DNA of 63,227 nt, filler included, from Rhizaria sp. SCN 62-66 (GCA_001724265.1; 11 parts of 11 records of this genome joined end to end with filler, not necessarily neighbours in it), one strand, 5' to 3'. Positions 1-12,822 are shown, counted from the first letter of the whole stretch. Notes: generated by a model not told the origin, from the sequence alone. Numbers and translations are program-made.

Positions 1-3000
1 CGACCTTGGTCAGATCTCCTTTCTTCGGCACTGGCACAACAACTGCGTTGCACCAGCTCTCGGGGATGATGCCGCACTGCCAGTAGTACGACATGGTCTT
101 AAAAATGACATCGAAGAGAGGAGAGGGAATTTCGTTACCGTCTGCGTCCGTGCTAAAGATGGAAGACGCGCGCAGTAACTCACCCGGGACGCCATCGCCA
201 CCGGAAGCCTTGTTGTTAGGCAAGAGCTTGATGGCGGCCAGGACCTCGTCACGCGTGAGGTCGCTGTTCATGAGAGCATTGCACTGCTCATCGGCGTCAC
301 CCCAAGACGTCGGAGTGCCCGGCAACACCTGCGGAAAAGCCGCACGCCAAAACGGGCGCGCGTTCACAGAATGGCCAGTTTGGTCCTTGGCGAGGCCCCC
401 GACGTGGCGGCCCCACACACCCGCAGCGTCGCGCGGGTCAGACTTTAACTCTTGGTCTCGGGAACAGTACAGCACGAGGGAGCCAGACTTCTTGGCGTTG
501 CCACTCGATGTGTATGTTTGTAGGAAGCGCCACGACCGACGCGCGTCGCCACCAGAGCCGCGCGTGAGCCTCAGCAGAGTCTCAGCACGGCGCTCCTGGT
601 ACCTGTGCGCATCAGCCTTGATGCCTCGCTCGACAAGGTCGTTCACAACTTCTAACAGCGCGGTATTGTGGCCGGTGAAGTCGGGCTTGGGCTCCTGCTG
701 AATGTCCTCCGCAGTCGGGAAGCCAATCAAGTGCAATCGCTCGCGCCACAGTGCAGAACACCAGTGCTTGGCCTCCTCAGGGAGCAGGTTGCGCAGCTGG
801 TCCCACTCCACGCAGGCCGTCTTCTTTTTCTTGCGCCGCTTCAGCTCGCGCTGCGCGTGGTCGTGCTGCAGCGGTGGCATGGCGGCGCCGTCGGGCGCGG
901 CGTCATGTGGGGAAACTTGGTCGAGATCGTGAAGACCGTCTCCCGCGCGCACACCCGGCGCCGCGGCGTTGCACACTTGCTGTTGTGGAGAAGCAAGAGG
1001 CGCGCTTTGGCGGGGCAGTGCGGCGTAGAACGGCGCTGCGGCAAGAGCCCGGTACACAGTGTCCTTTATGGATCGTCCATACACTGTGGCGCGACGCGCT
1101 TGGGCGCGCAGCGCACGTGCTCCCGCAACGGCAGCGGAAGGTTTCGGCTCGGCGGGCGCTGCGACAGCGGCACCGGCTGCACCCGCGTCGTCGGCGCGCC
1201 TGAGCGCCTCGGGGCGGTTACTGTGCAGCGGCGCGCCTGCAGGCGGCCGAGACGATAGCAAGAGTTGGGCTTTCAGCCGGCGCAGCATCTGCACATGCAA
1301 GTGCGGACGCGCGCGCTGAGGACACCCGGCAGAGAGGGGAGGGCCAGCAGCAGCTGCAGCTCCAGCATTGGGGGGGTTGCTAGAGTCAGCGGCTGCCGGC
1401 GCTGTCACAGGACACGCAACGGAAGCGCTACCACCACGGTGTGGCGGCGCAACACACGTCGCAGTGACGGTCGCTGCGGGCGCAGACAGGACAGAGAGTG
1501 GCTGGCCTGGCGCAACATTAACAGCGACGGGATCCGCAGCTACGGGCAGAAGGGCGCTCAAACGCGACGAGCGGCGCACCGGTGGGGGGGTGGCGACGCG
1601 CGGCGTATCCCATGCGCCGACGGCGGCGGCAGCAGCAGCCGCAGCCGTGGCGCGGGCGAGCGTACGGGGAGACGTAGAGCTAATAGACTGTGGAGAGGGC
1701 GGACGACTGCCAGCAAGCGTATCCGGGGCCGGGGGCAAGGGTGCCGGCCGTGGACCGCGCAGCGAGACCGACTCCGCGCTCGCGCTCGGCGCTGCCGTGG
1801 GTACTGGCGCCGAGGGGGGCGAGCGCAGGCTCGCTGCGGGCAACAGACACTTGCGCCCGCTCCGTAGGCGTTGCTTCCAATCGCTGAGCAGTATATAGGA
1901 AGGCTCAGGACTCGTTACAGACGCGGGAGGGAGAGGCGGTGCTCGGGAAACCGGGTGTACTGGGCGTACAAGCGGTGCGGAGACAGGCACAGAGTGTGTT
2001 GGTACGTGCAGAGGGGGGTGGGGTTGTTTAACGCCATGCTCATTGCCGGTGAGGCGGGCGCTGCGTCGTGGAGCCGCGGCCGTTGCACAGTGCTCGCTGC
2101 GGGACGCGGCGACTGTGGTTGGCGGGCTCTCCTCGCGCTCTTTAGCAGCGGCGAGGCCGAACGCAACCGGGGGCGTGTCGCTGGTACGCTCATCATGCGC
2201 CAAAGTTGCGGCAGCAAGTGAGTTTCGCAGCGGCCGGCGCTCTGGAGTGAGCGCCCGCACGGGCTGGTCGGGGACGGAGGGGGGGAGCTGTTCGTGCGGT
2301 ACTGCTCCGGAGCGCGCAGGTGATGCTGCGCTGCGTCCGGGGGACTCTTGCACGAGAGCTGCAGTCCTACCAACGCCACGGGGCGCCGAGACAAGACGGA
2401 CTGCGCAAGCAGCGGCTGCGGGGCCAGCAGCACGTGCAGCAGCGGGAGCGGGCACACGCGCGGGGCGCGCGGCGGCATCGCCGACACTGTCGTTGTTGTT
2501 AGCAGGGGATTGAAGTGCAGCCACCGCCGCGGCAGCGGCGATGTTGTCATCGGGCGCCACTTCCTCCGCCTTCAACGAAACAGGTGCAGCGGCCGCTTCG
2601 GCGGTACGCACTGCGACTGCGTTGTCAGCAGGAGGATGGGCGGGACTGTTGTTGTTGTTATCGGTGTTGACCACTTGTGCACCGGCGTCACCCTCAGTGT
2701 CATCAGTCAAGTCAGCGAGGACCGCGAAGCGGTTACGCGACAAAAGACTGTGACGGAGTTTGAAGGCTTCGTTGGTGAACTTGGAGAGCCAGGTCTTGAT
2801 CTTGCCCGAGCGCTCGGGCGCGGTGCGCACGAGGCCGAGGCGCGAGGCTGCCTCAAACGCGGCGCGGCTGATCGCAAGCCCAAAGTCAGGGGCTGCCGAA
2901 GGGTCAGCGCGCGCGAGTGCGTCATCGAGGTCGCGCAGCAAGTCAAGCCACACATCGTCACTGGCCACAGCACTACAGAGAGGAGTGATGAGCAGGCCGC

Positions 3001-5548
3001 TGTCGGCCAGCAGCCTGGAGCCATCGATCTTGTCTGGCACGCGGGGCGCGGAGATGCGCTCCGGTACCGTCACGGCAATCGAGACGGGATTGTGGTCGCT
3101 CTTGTCCCACTCAAGGCGGGGGAGCTCGCGCACGCTAAAGCCGTTGGACAAGCCTTGCGTGGCGACAAAGTGGTCGATGCACGAGTCGAGGCGACCGCGC
3201 TTACGTCGAGTAGGCGCAGTGCCTGTTACGCGCATCATGCCGGTGTTCTTGGCGGTGAGACGGTTGGACAGCGGCTGAGGACGAGTGTTGAAGTCCCCGC
3301 CGGCCAGTACTGCCGCGAACCGGCGGTTGCCCGCCAGCAGCAGCAGCTCGTCGCACACAGCAGTGAGGGCCGACCCGCGAATCGCAGGCGGCACGTACAC
3401 GCTGGCCACAGCAATACGGTGCACTGCGCCAGTGACAGTCCGCATCGCGACCTCGGTCACGAGCATATGTTTAGCGACAGCACGCACGCGTGTTGCCGTC
3501 AGCCCGATGCCGGACCGACACATCACGGCCAGCCCGCGCGCCTGCACGCCGACGTCGTCGTCGGGCGGTGCAAGCAACACGTCATAGCCAGGCCAGTAAA
3601 GGTAGTCTCGCTTCCACACGGTCTCTTGGAGCAGCACGATGTCGGCCTTGTGCGCACGCATGAAACTCTCGACGTAAATCTTCTTGTTGAAGAGCGCGTT
3701 GCAGTTCAGAGAGAATATGCGCAGCTCGGGCGGCGCAGACACGCCACGCGCGACGGAGCGCGCGAGCGGCTGGACAGGCTGCGAGGGTTGTTGCCGCTGT
3801 AGCAGCTGCGGCCGCGGAGGCTGAGGCGGCAGCTGCGGCGGCACCGGCGGCTCGCGCGGCCGGAGAGGGTGGGGACCAAATGATACGAGTGGGGGCATGG
3901 GTTGCGCTGTACTCAGCAACGTCGCGAGGAACTGCGCGGCGGTCTGCCGGCGACCAGGCACGGCCATCTTTACCGCTTGGGCGGCGAGGACGGCAACTTT
4001 GGCCCGGGCGGCGGGGTCGCGCACGTCAGCAGCGCCGAAGTCAGCGACGTCAGGCAGAACGTACAGGCGTTGGAAAAACAGGCAGTAGAGAATGTTGATA
4101 ACGGTGTACCTGGGGACACACGATCGAATATGGATCCGCCAATACTTGGGAATCTTCTTGATCACAGCCAGGTGGAGCTTCAGCGTCGCTTCAGCGGCCA
4201 GGTAACGGAACGCTTGGCACAACCAGTGGTCGAGCACAGCGGAATCAAGCTCCGGCCGGTACACACAGCAGGAGACTGTGTGCTCGGGAACGGGCTCTGT
4301 GGCCGCTGCGCGATCGCGCTGGGTGAGGCGAGGGGCTGGAAGCCGCGGGGTCGGGGAGCCGGCCTCGGCAGCAGCATTGGAGGCTGCTGCGTCGGCGGGC
4401 GCCGCGGGCTCTTCGACCTTAATCTCGGCGTCGCCGTCGTCGCGCGCCAGCCGGCGCGAACGAGGCGCGGGCGAGCTGTCGGCAGACGACCCGGTGTTGG
4501 ACGGAGTGCTTAAGGGAGAGCGGGTCTGTAGTAGTGGTGAGCGCACTGCGGCGGGCGAGGCAGGGACCGACCAAGTGTCGGGGTGTGCATCGCTCGGGTC
4601 AGAGTCACTCGCGGTCTCGCTCGTGGCGGGGGTGTACAGCGGCCGGGGCCGGTACAGAGGCAGAGACGCGTGGGGAGCCGGCGCTGCGGCGGCCGGAGCC
4701 AGTGGGGCAGACACCAAGTGGATGACAGTGGCTGCGGCGGGCGGCGGGGGCGGCGGTGGAGGCGCGGGCTCGGGGGTGCGGGTGTGTGCCGCACGTGGCG
4801 GGGCTTGCGGTGCGGGGGCGCGCACGCGCACGGCGTCAGACACGAACTCGGTGTTCGACGCCGTCTCAGAATCGGACGGGGTCTCTGAGTCGGAGGGGGT
4901 CTCAGAATCGGACACTGTAGTAGGGTCGGACTCAGGCTCGGTCTCGGAGTCGTCGGCCGCGCGCGCGCTTCGGGCGGCCCTGACCGCGCGCCGCCAGGTG
5001 TTTGGCGGCGGCGCGGGATCGGGGTCGCTCTCAGTCTCGCTGTTAGCGCCTGAGGCGGCGGCACGGGCGGCGGACTGAAGGCCAGAAGAGGGGAGAGTGG
5101 CAAGCGGGGCGCGATGGCGGATCGCAGGGAGAGCGCGATGGCGGATCGCGGGAGGGGGGCGTTGCGCGGGCGGGGCGCGCCTTGCGGCGGGGACGGCGGC
5201 CGCGGCTGCTAGCGAGGGCGCAGCGGCGGAGGCGTCTACCAACTCCACAAAGTCGCGGTCGGCAACGCGGGCGCTGCGGCGTGGGGCCGCCGCAGCAGGA
5301 GGGGCCGCGGCGCTGGCGGAGCGCGGCGGCGGGGAACCCACCGGTGGAGATGTTGTCGGAGGCAGTGCCCTGGGACCGGCCGCGGTTGGGGAGGCGGCGG
5401 GGACAATGACATCTACACGGGGGTCACGGCGCTGGCGGAGCGCGTAGGGCGCGCCGACAATGCGGCGAGCCCGGAGAGAGACGGGTGCTTGGTTGGAAGG
5501 GGTACTCATGAAAGAATTACATTGTTTGGTCCGAAGAGTCAAGGACAT
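1..5548 (-). mobile_element. Non-LTR retrotransposon (LINE), single long ORF with APE endonuclease and start of RT; runs off the window edge
   Basis: Minus frame open from ATG 5548 to position 1, so it is missing from the ORF track (no stop). APE motifs LRIFSLNCNAL, DIVLLQET, AGGDFN, IDHF, SDHNPV at ~3725-3075. RT N-terminal motifs KASGGDGVPGELL and IPESWCNAVVVPVPKKGDLTK at ~210-1. Confidence 0.93.
4862..4913 (-). repeat. Three 18-bp tandem repeats encoding (DSETPS)n inside the LINE ORF
   Basis: gtctcagaatcggac / gtctctgagtcggag / gtctcagaatcggac at 18-nt spacing. Confidence 0.7.
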
Positions 5549-6571
5549 AGTGGCGACTGCCGGGGTGGGTGGTTGGGAACGTTGTCGCTTAAACGCGGGA
5601 CACGCGCGTCTGTCTCGTTATTTGGTGGGGGACGGAATAGGTGGGGGCTCGAGTCGGGTACCACGTACACCTGGGAGCTCAGAGACAGCGCACACGTTTG
5701 CGGCGGTGTCATGGTGGGAGCGCCAAGTCGAACTCAGCTACAACGCGTCGCCAGTGTGGCGAGCGGCGCCGGTCACGGTCCGAGCGGGGCGCGCCGCTTC
5801 TCGAGAGATATGAACAGCAAGAAGGCTAGGGAATACAAAAACAAACATTCACACAAGTGTGGAAACAAGTTAGCGGCGGAAAAGAATACGGTGTTGTGCC
5901 GAGCGGAGCTCCAACGGCCGGTTCGACGGCAGACGACAACGGTTAATGACACAACGTAACGCGAAAGAATACAGTAGGGCTTATACAGACAGTAACATAA
6001 CAGGCAGAAACAACAAGAACAGACAGACACAACACGGAACGCTTACAACAGTACAGCAACAAACAAACAGATTCGCGATCAACATAAAGCAAACATTCAT
6101 CTTAAGACAAGGGCCTCGCTGGGGCGGCCTCACTTGATGCCGTAGCAACGAGCCGGCGTGAGGACAGCCACGAGCAGCTCGGGCTTGCCGAAAGAGAGAT
6201 GTAAACACCTTGAAGACGCGGCAAAGTCAGCGCCGCGCCAAGTTGCGCTTGAGTATCTCAACAAAATAAGTTTTGTCTGCGCTAGTGCACATGTTGCAGC
6301 AGCGCACGTGCGGAAACCAAGCGACTATATCGGTCCGGCCGCTGGGGCCGTCGCACCCGCCCAGGAACCTGAAGGCGGCGGGCGCGCGACTAGTACAGCT
6401 GCTGCCGCTGGCCGCGCGTGCGTGCAGCGCCAACTCGGGTTGCGCGCTAGCGGGAGAACACAGAATAGCTAGATAGACGGAGAAAAAACAGACACAGGAC
6501 TAGATAGGGGGCGTGGGGGAGGAGGGGGAGGTCGTCGCGGGGACGCCGCGAGCGCGGCGCCGCACCGGGCC

Positions 6572-6671
6572 NNNNNNNNNNNNNNNNNNNNNNNNNNNNN
6601 NNNNNNNNNNNNNNNTTAATTAATTAANNNNNNNNNNNNNNNNNNNNNNNNNNNNNNNNNNNNNNNNNNNN
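6572..6671. other. Artificial contig-joining spacer. Others at 12723-12822, 18533-18632, 24708-24807, 30442-30541, 36175-36274, 41798-41897, 46960-47059, 52095-52194, 58059-58158
   Basis: 44 N + TTAATTAATTAA (stop in all six frames) + 44 N, occurring ten times. Confidence 0.99.
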
Positions 6672-8240
6672 CACGGGTCGCGCACAGTCGCGCACATCGC
6701 TTTTCGTGTCGTTAACCGCACGAATAGGACTACGCTTGTTCATGTACAATACAATCTTGTTGTGGAGGTCGGCAATGCCGCTTAAATACAGACGGCTCAT
6801 GGCAACCACTTCGCCGCTCATCATCTTGCGGATTGCATCTTCAACAGCGCCAGCAACAATCCATACCTCGTCGCTAGAGTCGTCAAGCACAAGTCTGTGC
6901 AAATTCCTGCCACACGGAGCAGAAACCGCATTACACGGAGCACCTGTTATTGTTTTGGTGTAGTACGCGTCTAGGAGCGGAGGCACAGTCTCAGAAACAT
7001 CCGCAGACCCGAACATGCGTGTGGTTAATAGCTTCATCGGAATGATGGGCGCCTCGTCGAGCAATACGGGTTTGATCTGAGGATACGCGGCCACGATCTG
7101 CGCTAAAATTGCAGGTTTGCGTCCTGCAAGAGCGCGCTGCAGCAGGTTACTGAAATTATTTTGCCTGCTCTCCAGAACAAGGGAGCATAGCAGCTCGCCA
7201 CCCGATTGCCAGAGCATCGGTGAGTTCGAGAGTTCCGCGCTGCGCTGCCCCACATGCTCGATAAACTTCAGCGCGAGCTCAAAGCAGCGAAAGCAGCCGC
7301 CAAACGCAGCAGACATCAGCAGATCCAGCTGCAGGTTGCGGCTGCGTAAAGCGATCGCGATCGGCGCGGCCGCGCCTGAAGTCACATCGGCCGCAGCATT
7401 CCCGGTGTCGTCGCTGTTGCTGTTCGTGAGGAATGCAACCATATCGGCGTTGCCGTTGTTCGCTGCGGCAATAAGCGGAGAAAACAGCTGTACGCGCATC
7501 GCTTGCGAATCTAAAGGAAAGCTGTAGCCGCAAGGGCCTGCGTGGGTTTGCATAAACTTTTCCATGGAAGTTTGATTGAAAAAACTCGCACTTAAGAACT
7601 CGGCCGGGTCCAGGCCCCACGGAGGAGCGATCATTTCAACCAGCGTCGTACTAAGCCCGCGGGAAGCGTATTCCCCGAATGAGTCACGAATTTGCAAGTT
7701 CATAGCTGCCCACTGCGTCGGCGTCGAGGATGTATACAGCGCGCGCGCACAGGCGACGCGGTTCAGCAGCGCAGCTAACATGAGCGCAGTCGAGTTCGAG
7801 TTCCTAATGTGCTCAGTAACGTCAGCACCAGTCTAAAGTAGCGCCATAACAACGCGCGGGAGGTCAAGATGTACTGCAGCCGTGAGCGGAGACGATCCAC
7901 GATTCGCGGGGACGTTTACGCGCTCGTAAAATGTGTTCAGGAGCAGGGGGGAGCGGTCGCTCAGGGCTAAGGTGTCATTGATGTACACGGCGTAAAACTC
8001 TGGCTACAACAGAGCACGCGCTGCAGCCATGTTAAATAGAACCTCGTCTTCAATGCTAGCTTTGCTGGAGTCAACATCATCATCCTCTGCATCTGCTGTT
8101 GCCGTTGTTGTTGTGTCAGAAGTTGCAGACGCTGCGAGTTGCTCTATAAGGCGCACGAGTGCAGCTGGCTTGCAAAAGGATTCCGTTAGCGCAAGTGTCT
8201 CCAGGTAGGAAACCGCACGGCCATTTATGATACGTTGCAT
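6672..8240 (-). CDS. Ankyrin-repeat protein, 3' partial, read through two in-frame TAG (8004-8006, 7833-7835)
   Basis: ORFs 8004..8240 and 6624..7781 share a frame. The gap translates GSSPLTAAVHLDLPRVVMALL*TGADVTEHIRNSNSTALMLAALLNRVACARAL, i.e. ankyrin repeats. A further repeat SPLIAAANNGNADMVAFL follows. Confidence 0.85.
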
Positions 8241-8951
8241 TTTCGGCTTTTTGTGATTTCTGTCACTGATTTGGGCTTGATAAGACGTCTGTCAGAGAGA
8301 GTATCCAAAGAAGCTGTTGGGGATAAGTTTAATGAGTGATACCGCATGATCAAAATATTTTTTGTCGGGTTAGCTAATATGGTTTTAATTAACAGTTAAT
8401 TTAAACCTATATTTTGGTGTTAGAAAGACGAAAGGCAGAAAATCTATGGTGTTGTATGCCAAACAAGAAATGCAACGACACTCCTCCAAACTCCACCACC
8501 AACACACCACCACCAACACAAATCTGTCAGCATTGATTGCCACCAGAAAATCAGCATTCTCATTCACAACACGTCACGACTGCGACATTTGAGCAATATA
8601 TAAAAGCAGTATTATAACGTCACTATAATATCAATGTTCATTTATAAATATTGAATTTGTCATCATGTCATCTATCATTGCCAGTCTAGCTTATGTTCAT
8701 GGGTTCCCACGCATGCGTCACTAGCTTGTAATCCCTTGATGCACATCATGCAGCGGGTTGCCGTCAAGGTTCAAGCTCCTATTCATTGTTGTCACGTGAA
8801 TAATGTCGCAACATGACATTGATCGGCTGAGGCCTCAATAATCTATCTCGCCTGCTTCGCTGTCACGATGCAACAAAACAGTTTTGCGCGTACGTCCTGC
8901 GCAAACTGGCCCATTGAGCAGTGTGTTATCTAGATAGAATAAAGAAGTCGC

Positions 8952-10977
8952 TCAGAACGACACAGCGTCACGCTCGCCCCAGTCGAGTCCGCTGCGCACG
9001 CCGAGCCTCGTTGCCAATGCTGCGCATAGCGAAAGTTACAGTGTTTAGCAACGAGATAGTATGTTAAAAGAAAGTCGAGTACAAGTGTTAAAAGTGAGGT
9101 TGATTACATAATCACAGCAAAGTCGTCAAAGTCAGAAATTATATTGTTGCAGCGACATCTCGTAAAACGTACCGGTAAAGCGCGCGCGCGCGTGCAGCAG
9201 CCTGTCCGAGAGCGCGGGGTCCTGCGGCGCCCACAGCGGCGTCCCCAACACTGCGGCAACCAGGTGGAAGCACAGCTGCGGCGTGGAACAAAGACATAAA
9301 ACAAAGAAGAACAAAAAAAAGACATATAGGTTGCGTTAGAGTCTACGAGACATGTCAACTTGAATAAAACAACAATCTAAGATGTGAACTTTGATGAAAC
9401 ATATGGCGTACCTGTGTGATCTTATGCTTCGCCGCAGCCGACTTGACTTCCCTCTCGCCGACACTCGCAGCCTTGCCGACCGTGTTGGAAGCAGCAATCA
9501 CAGTGGTATCGTCCTCCACAACGGTGTCAGTCTTCGTAACAAAGACAGGTGTCTTCTTGCCAGCCACAGCAGCCCCCGCATCAGCCTCAACCTCAGGCGC
9601 GGCAGTCGCAGCCGAGGCAGAGGCAGAAGATGAGGCAGCGGCAGACGCGAGCGCGCGCGCCTTGGCCTTGGCGCGCATACGCTCTGCAAACGTCATCTTC
9701 CCAGCGCCTGCGTTCGCAGCAGAAACCGTGGCGGTGTTGGCGGCAGCGTTGGTGCTCGCGGCGGCGTCTGCTTCGTCGTCGCCGTCGGCGGTCACGCCCG
9801 TACCCGCACCTGCACCGGCACCGGCGCCGGCAGCGGTCGATGAGGCTGTGGTGGGGGCGGCGGTGCTCTTGCTGCTGTTGCGCCGGGGGCCAGCAGCAGC
9901 CGGCCCCACCGCTTCGCCGTCGCCGTCGCCGTCGCCGTCATCAAAGTCACCAGGGTCCACAGCACTCGTTCTAGCGCTCACTCTCGCAGCGGCAGTGGCA
10001 GTAACCGAGGGCAGCGCCAAGTGCGGCGTGGGCGGCAGGTAACGCGCGCGCAGGGCCGCCACCTCGGCGCCCAGCAAGCCCGCCAGCGCCGCCGCGGCCT
10101 GCGGAAACGCCGGATGCTCGCCGCTGCCAAGCGCTAGAGCACTACCACTGCCAATACTGCTGTTGCTGCTGCTGTGGGTGATGACATGGCTGTTAGTGTC
10201 GGTCTCGATCGCCTCGACCGGCTCGGGGCCCGCGACAGCAACAGGGGCCACGGCTGAGGCCGTCACCGCAGCGGCACCAGTGGCAGCCGGAGCAGAGGCA
10301 GAAGCAGAAGCAGGGGCAGGGGCAGTGGAAGCGTTGGCGCGCGCGGCGGCGACGTCAATGGCGCGGGGCAGCGGGCGCGGCAGCGGGGCGCCGGTGGCCG
10401 CGTCTGCGCTCGCAGCAGCGAGGCCGGCCGCCACGGTCATGGGCGCAGTCGGCAAGCTCGCACCGGCATTAACAGCCGCAGCAGTCGCAGCGGGAGCAGT
10501 CGCAGTCGCGGCGGGGGGAAGATTGCCGGTGTTCTGAAGCCAGGTGAGCGCAAAACCAAGGTAGAAACCGAGCTCATCGGCAGCGGAGCGTCCGTACTGC
10601 TCGCCCTGTGTGTGAATGTGGTGAGACGCAAGCGAAGTGCAACAAAAAGATGAACCAGTGATGGAAGTAGCAGCGCATCATAAAGAAGGGTGAAAAAAAG
10701 ATATACAGTAGAATGACGCTTCTTTCCGACAAGTCTTTGGACGTACGAGCTTGTACCCGTCGGCGCGGCCCTTCTCGAGCCCGGCCACGAGGCCATCGCG
10801 GCGGCTGGCCGCCAGCAGGCGCTCCTCCAGCATCACCACAGAGTCAAATATATCATCCGTTGACTCTGAAGACGAAAAAATGGCGCGTACAGCGTCGGGC
10901 ACGACGCGAGGGGGCGTGTGTGGACGCGAAGACGGCGCGCTGTCGCCGCCATCGTCGCCCCAAACATCGTTCATCAT
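8952..10977 (-). CDS. LTO1: LTO1/ORAOV1 homolog (Fe-S adaptor for Rli1/ABCE1). Four exons: 10977-10747, 10605-9412, 9275-9173, 9019-8952. About 531 aa with a large Ala-rich insert
   Basis: DIFDSVVMLEERL followed by the GX3 repeat GLVAGLEKGRADGYKL|GEQYGRSAADELGFYLGFALTW. C-terminal PQDPALSDRLLHARARF...VSF-TGA parallels ORAOV1. Three GTACG...CAG introns preserve the frame. Confidence 0.85.
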
Positions 10978-12159
10978 TGTGGTCAGTCAGAACTACGAGC
11001 CAACATCGTAGAGATAACAAAGTTTTTATGAAGTATAAAAAAGTGAAAATAGAGTACATTAATGAGCGGTTGTAGATTGTACTTTAAAATTGCGATTAAC
11101 GGATCCTCTGGCTTCCTACATTGAGTAATGCAAGGCTCAACTGTTCGGTTGCTCTTCAGTTGCGGTGCGATTCAACTTGTGGTTGCAATGAATATCCTTT
11201 TGCTTACCGTGGTTCACTTGTCAATAGACATCAAATCCGCTTCTCGACAAGAGAGATAAGATAATCTGTCTTTTTGCTTATTATTTTGCGTCTTGTGAGC
11301 GTTGTTCTTTCTCTGCAGATGTGCGCATCTTGGACATCCGGAACATCGGGCTTTGTGAAGCTTAACTGAAAAGCGATGTGCAGTTGTTGTATACCTTTAA
11401 AATAAAATGTGATGATATGATACTCAATTGCTTTCCTGCTGCTGCGATATTCATGGTCGGTTAACTGTTTACAAAGTGGCATGTCAGCTAATGTTACTAT
11501 TAATACTAGTACTAGTAGTACACCACCTGACATCAACACAAGTTTATCAAGCCGAATGTGAATGACTGTGCGATCACATGGCCCTAATAACGAGCGACTC
11601 ATATGTATGCCCGTCCACGACTGAGCCGTTGCTGCTGTAACTTATAAAGGTGTCCGCCGCGCCCATGGGCTGCTTAGTGAGTGTTCAACGCTTGGCCATC
11701 ACGAGTCTTTAGAGTCTGCGCCGTCAAGTAAACTAATGCGGTCAGCGCTGCCGTGCGTCCCACCCACGTCACCGAGAGAGAACCTCACTTGCAACTCCCA
11801 GCACCACTGCGTCCCCCCCTGGCACCGACAGCCCCCTTGCTCTCACTCCTCATTGTTCTCTTGCTACCGCTGCCGCACACGTCGTCATATTAATACCTAC
11901 TCCTAGTATTGTGCTCTTTGCGGCGGAAACCACACACAATCCCCTTTTTTTTAATACAGTGCTGTTACGTAGAAATATGAACAGACAAGTAAGTAATGCC
12001 CAACTATGAATAATCAATAAGCTTACATTTATTTTTATAAGCTTTACCTTAAGATTAAAGTAGAAATTACATTTGAAACAAAAAAAGACATATTATTTTT
12101 ACATCTAAGTACACTAAAATCGACGCCAAAATGTTATCAAGTGCAATTTTAAGACTACC

Positions 12160-12232
12160 GTCTAGTTGGCTCAGTTGGTAGAGCGTGGGTCTCATAATCC
12201 CAAGGTCGCGGGTTCGATCCCCGCATTGGACA
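12160..12232 (+). tRNA. tRNA-Met (CAT), elongator type
   Basis: Cloverleaf: acceptor GTCTAGT/ATTGGAC, D-arm GCTC..GAGC, anticodon loop CTCATAA with U31-U39, T-arm GCGGG-TTCGATC-CCCGC. A T-run follows. Confidence 0.96.
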
Positions 12233-12234
12233 TA

Positions 12235-12241
12235 TTTTTTT
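12235..12241 (+). terminator. RNA polymerase III oligo-T terminator
   Basis: T7 run immediately after the tRNA. Confidence 0.8.
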
Positions 12242-12822
12242 GCCCGTCACGCCGCCCTTGCCGCGCCGCCCCGCGCCCACGCACACGTCCCTTTACTTTT
12301 GCTCCCGCAGTCCTTGCCACCCCACCACCACCCACCTCGCCAACTGCACTCAAGCATCACGGTCATGAGCAGCTCACACTTTCGGCAGAGTTGTGAGTAT
12401 GCGGCTGCACTGCTGTTAAGCGGCGCACTTATCATCGACGACAGATACCAGCCCCTTCGTCGCTGCATATGCTTTAATAATACTCGTTCAAATATATTAT
12501 ATTCCGATGTTGCGGTTTACAATGTGCGATATTATGTGCACTTCTGCTTCTTACGTTGGTCATTGTTTTCTCAGCGGAAATTACATTCAGTGATTTTATG
12601 AAGAAATTGTCGATGATATTAACTTATGTACCCCTGATGTAGAGGTTTATGAAAAACGCAAAAACGCGCCTGGAAGGGGCGGTTTTAAATATCCATACAA
12701 CTTTGCCAAACATCCGTTAAATNNNNNNNNNNNNNNNNNNNNNNNNNNNNNNNNNNNNNNNNNNNNTTAATTAATTAANNNNNNNNNNNNNNNNNNNNNN
12801 NNNNNNNNNNNNNNNNNNNNNN

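Noticed and set aside
93-5447. Many plus-strand ORFs over contig 1, and similar overlapping ORFs throughout the window
   Set aside because: Antisense or off-frame shadows of GC-rich real ORFs, with no recognisable motifs
5738-5740. TAG in the LINE frame upstream of the ORF
   Set aside because: A TAA at 5618-5620 closes the frame before ATG 5548, so this is untranslated leader
6572-6671. Recurring TTAATTAATTAA palindrome between N runs, resembling a regular repeat array
   Set aside because: It is an artificial six-frame-stop linker. Neighbouring contigs are not physically linked, so no gene-cluster inference is valid.
11231-11602. 123-aa minus-strand ORF between LTO1 and the tRNA
   Set aside because: AT-rich, lacks the codon bias of the real genes, and has no motif
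12160-12232. tRNA as the possible UAG-decoding tRNA
   Set aside because: The anticodon is CAT (Met), not CTA
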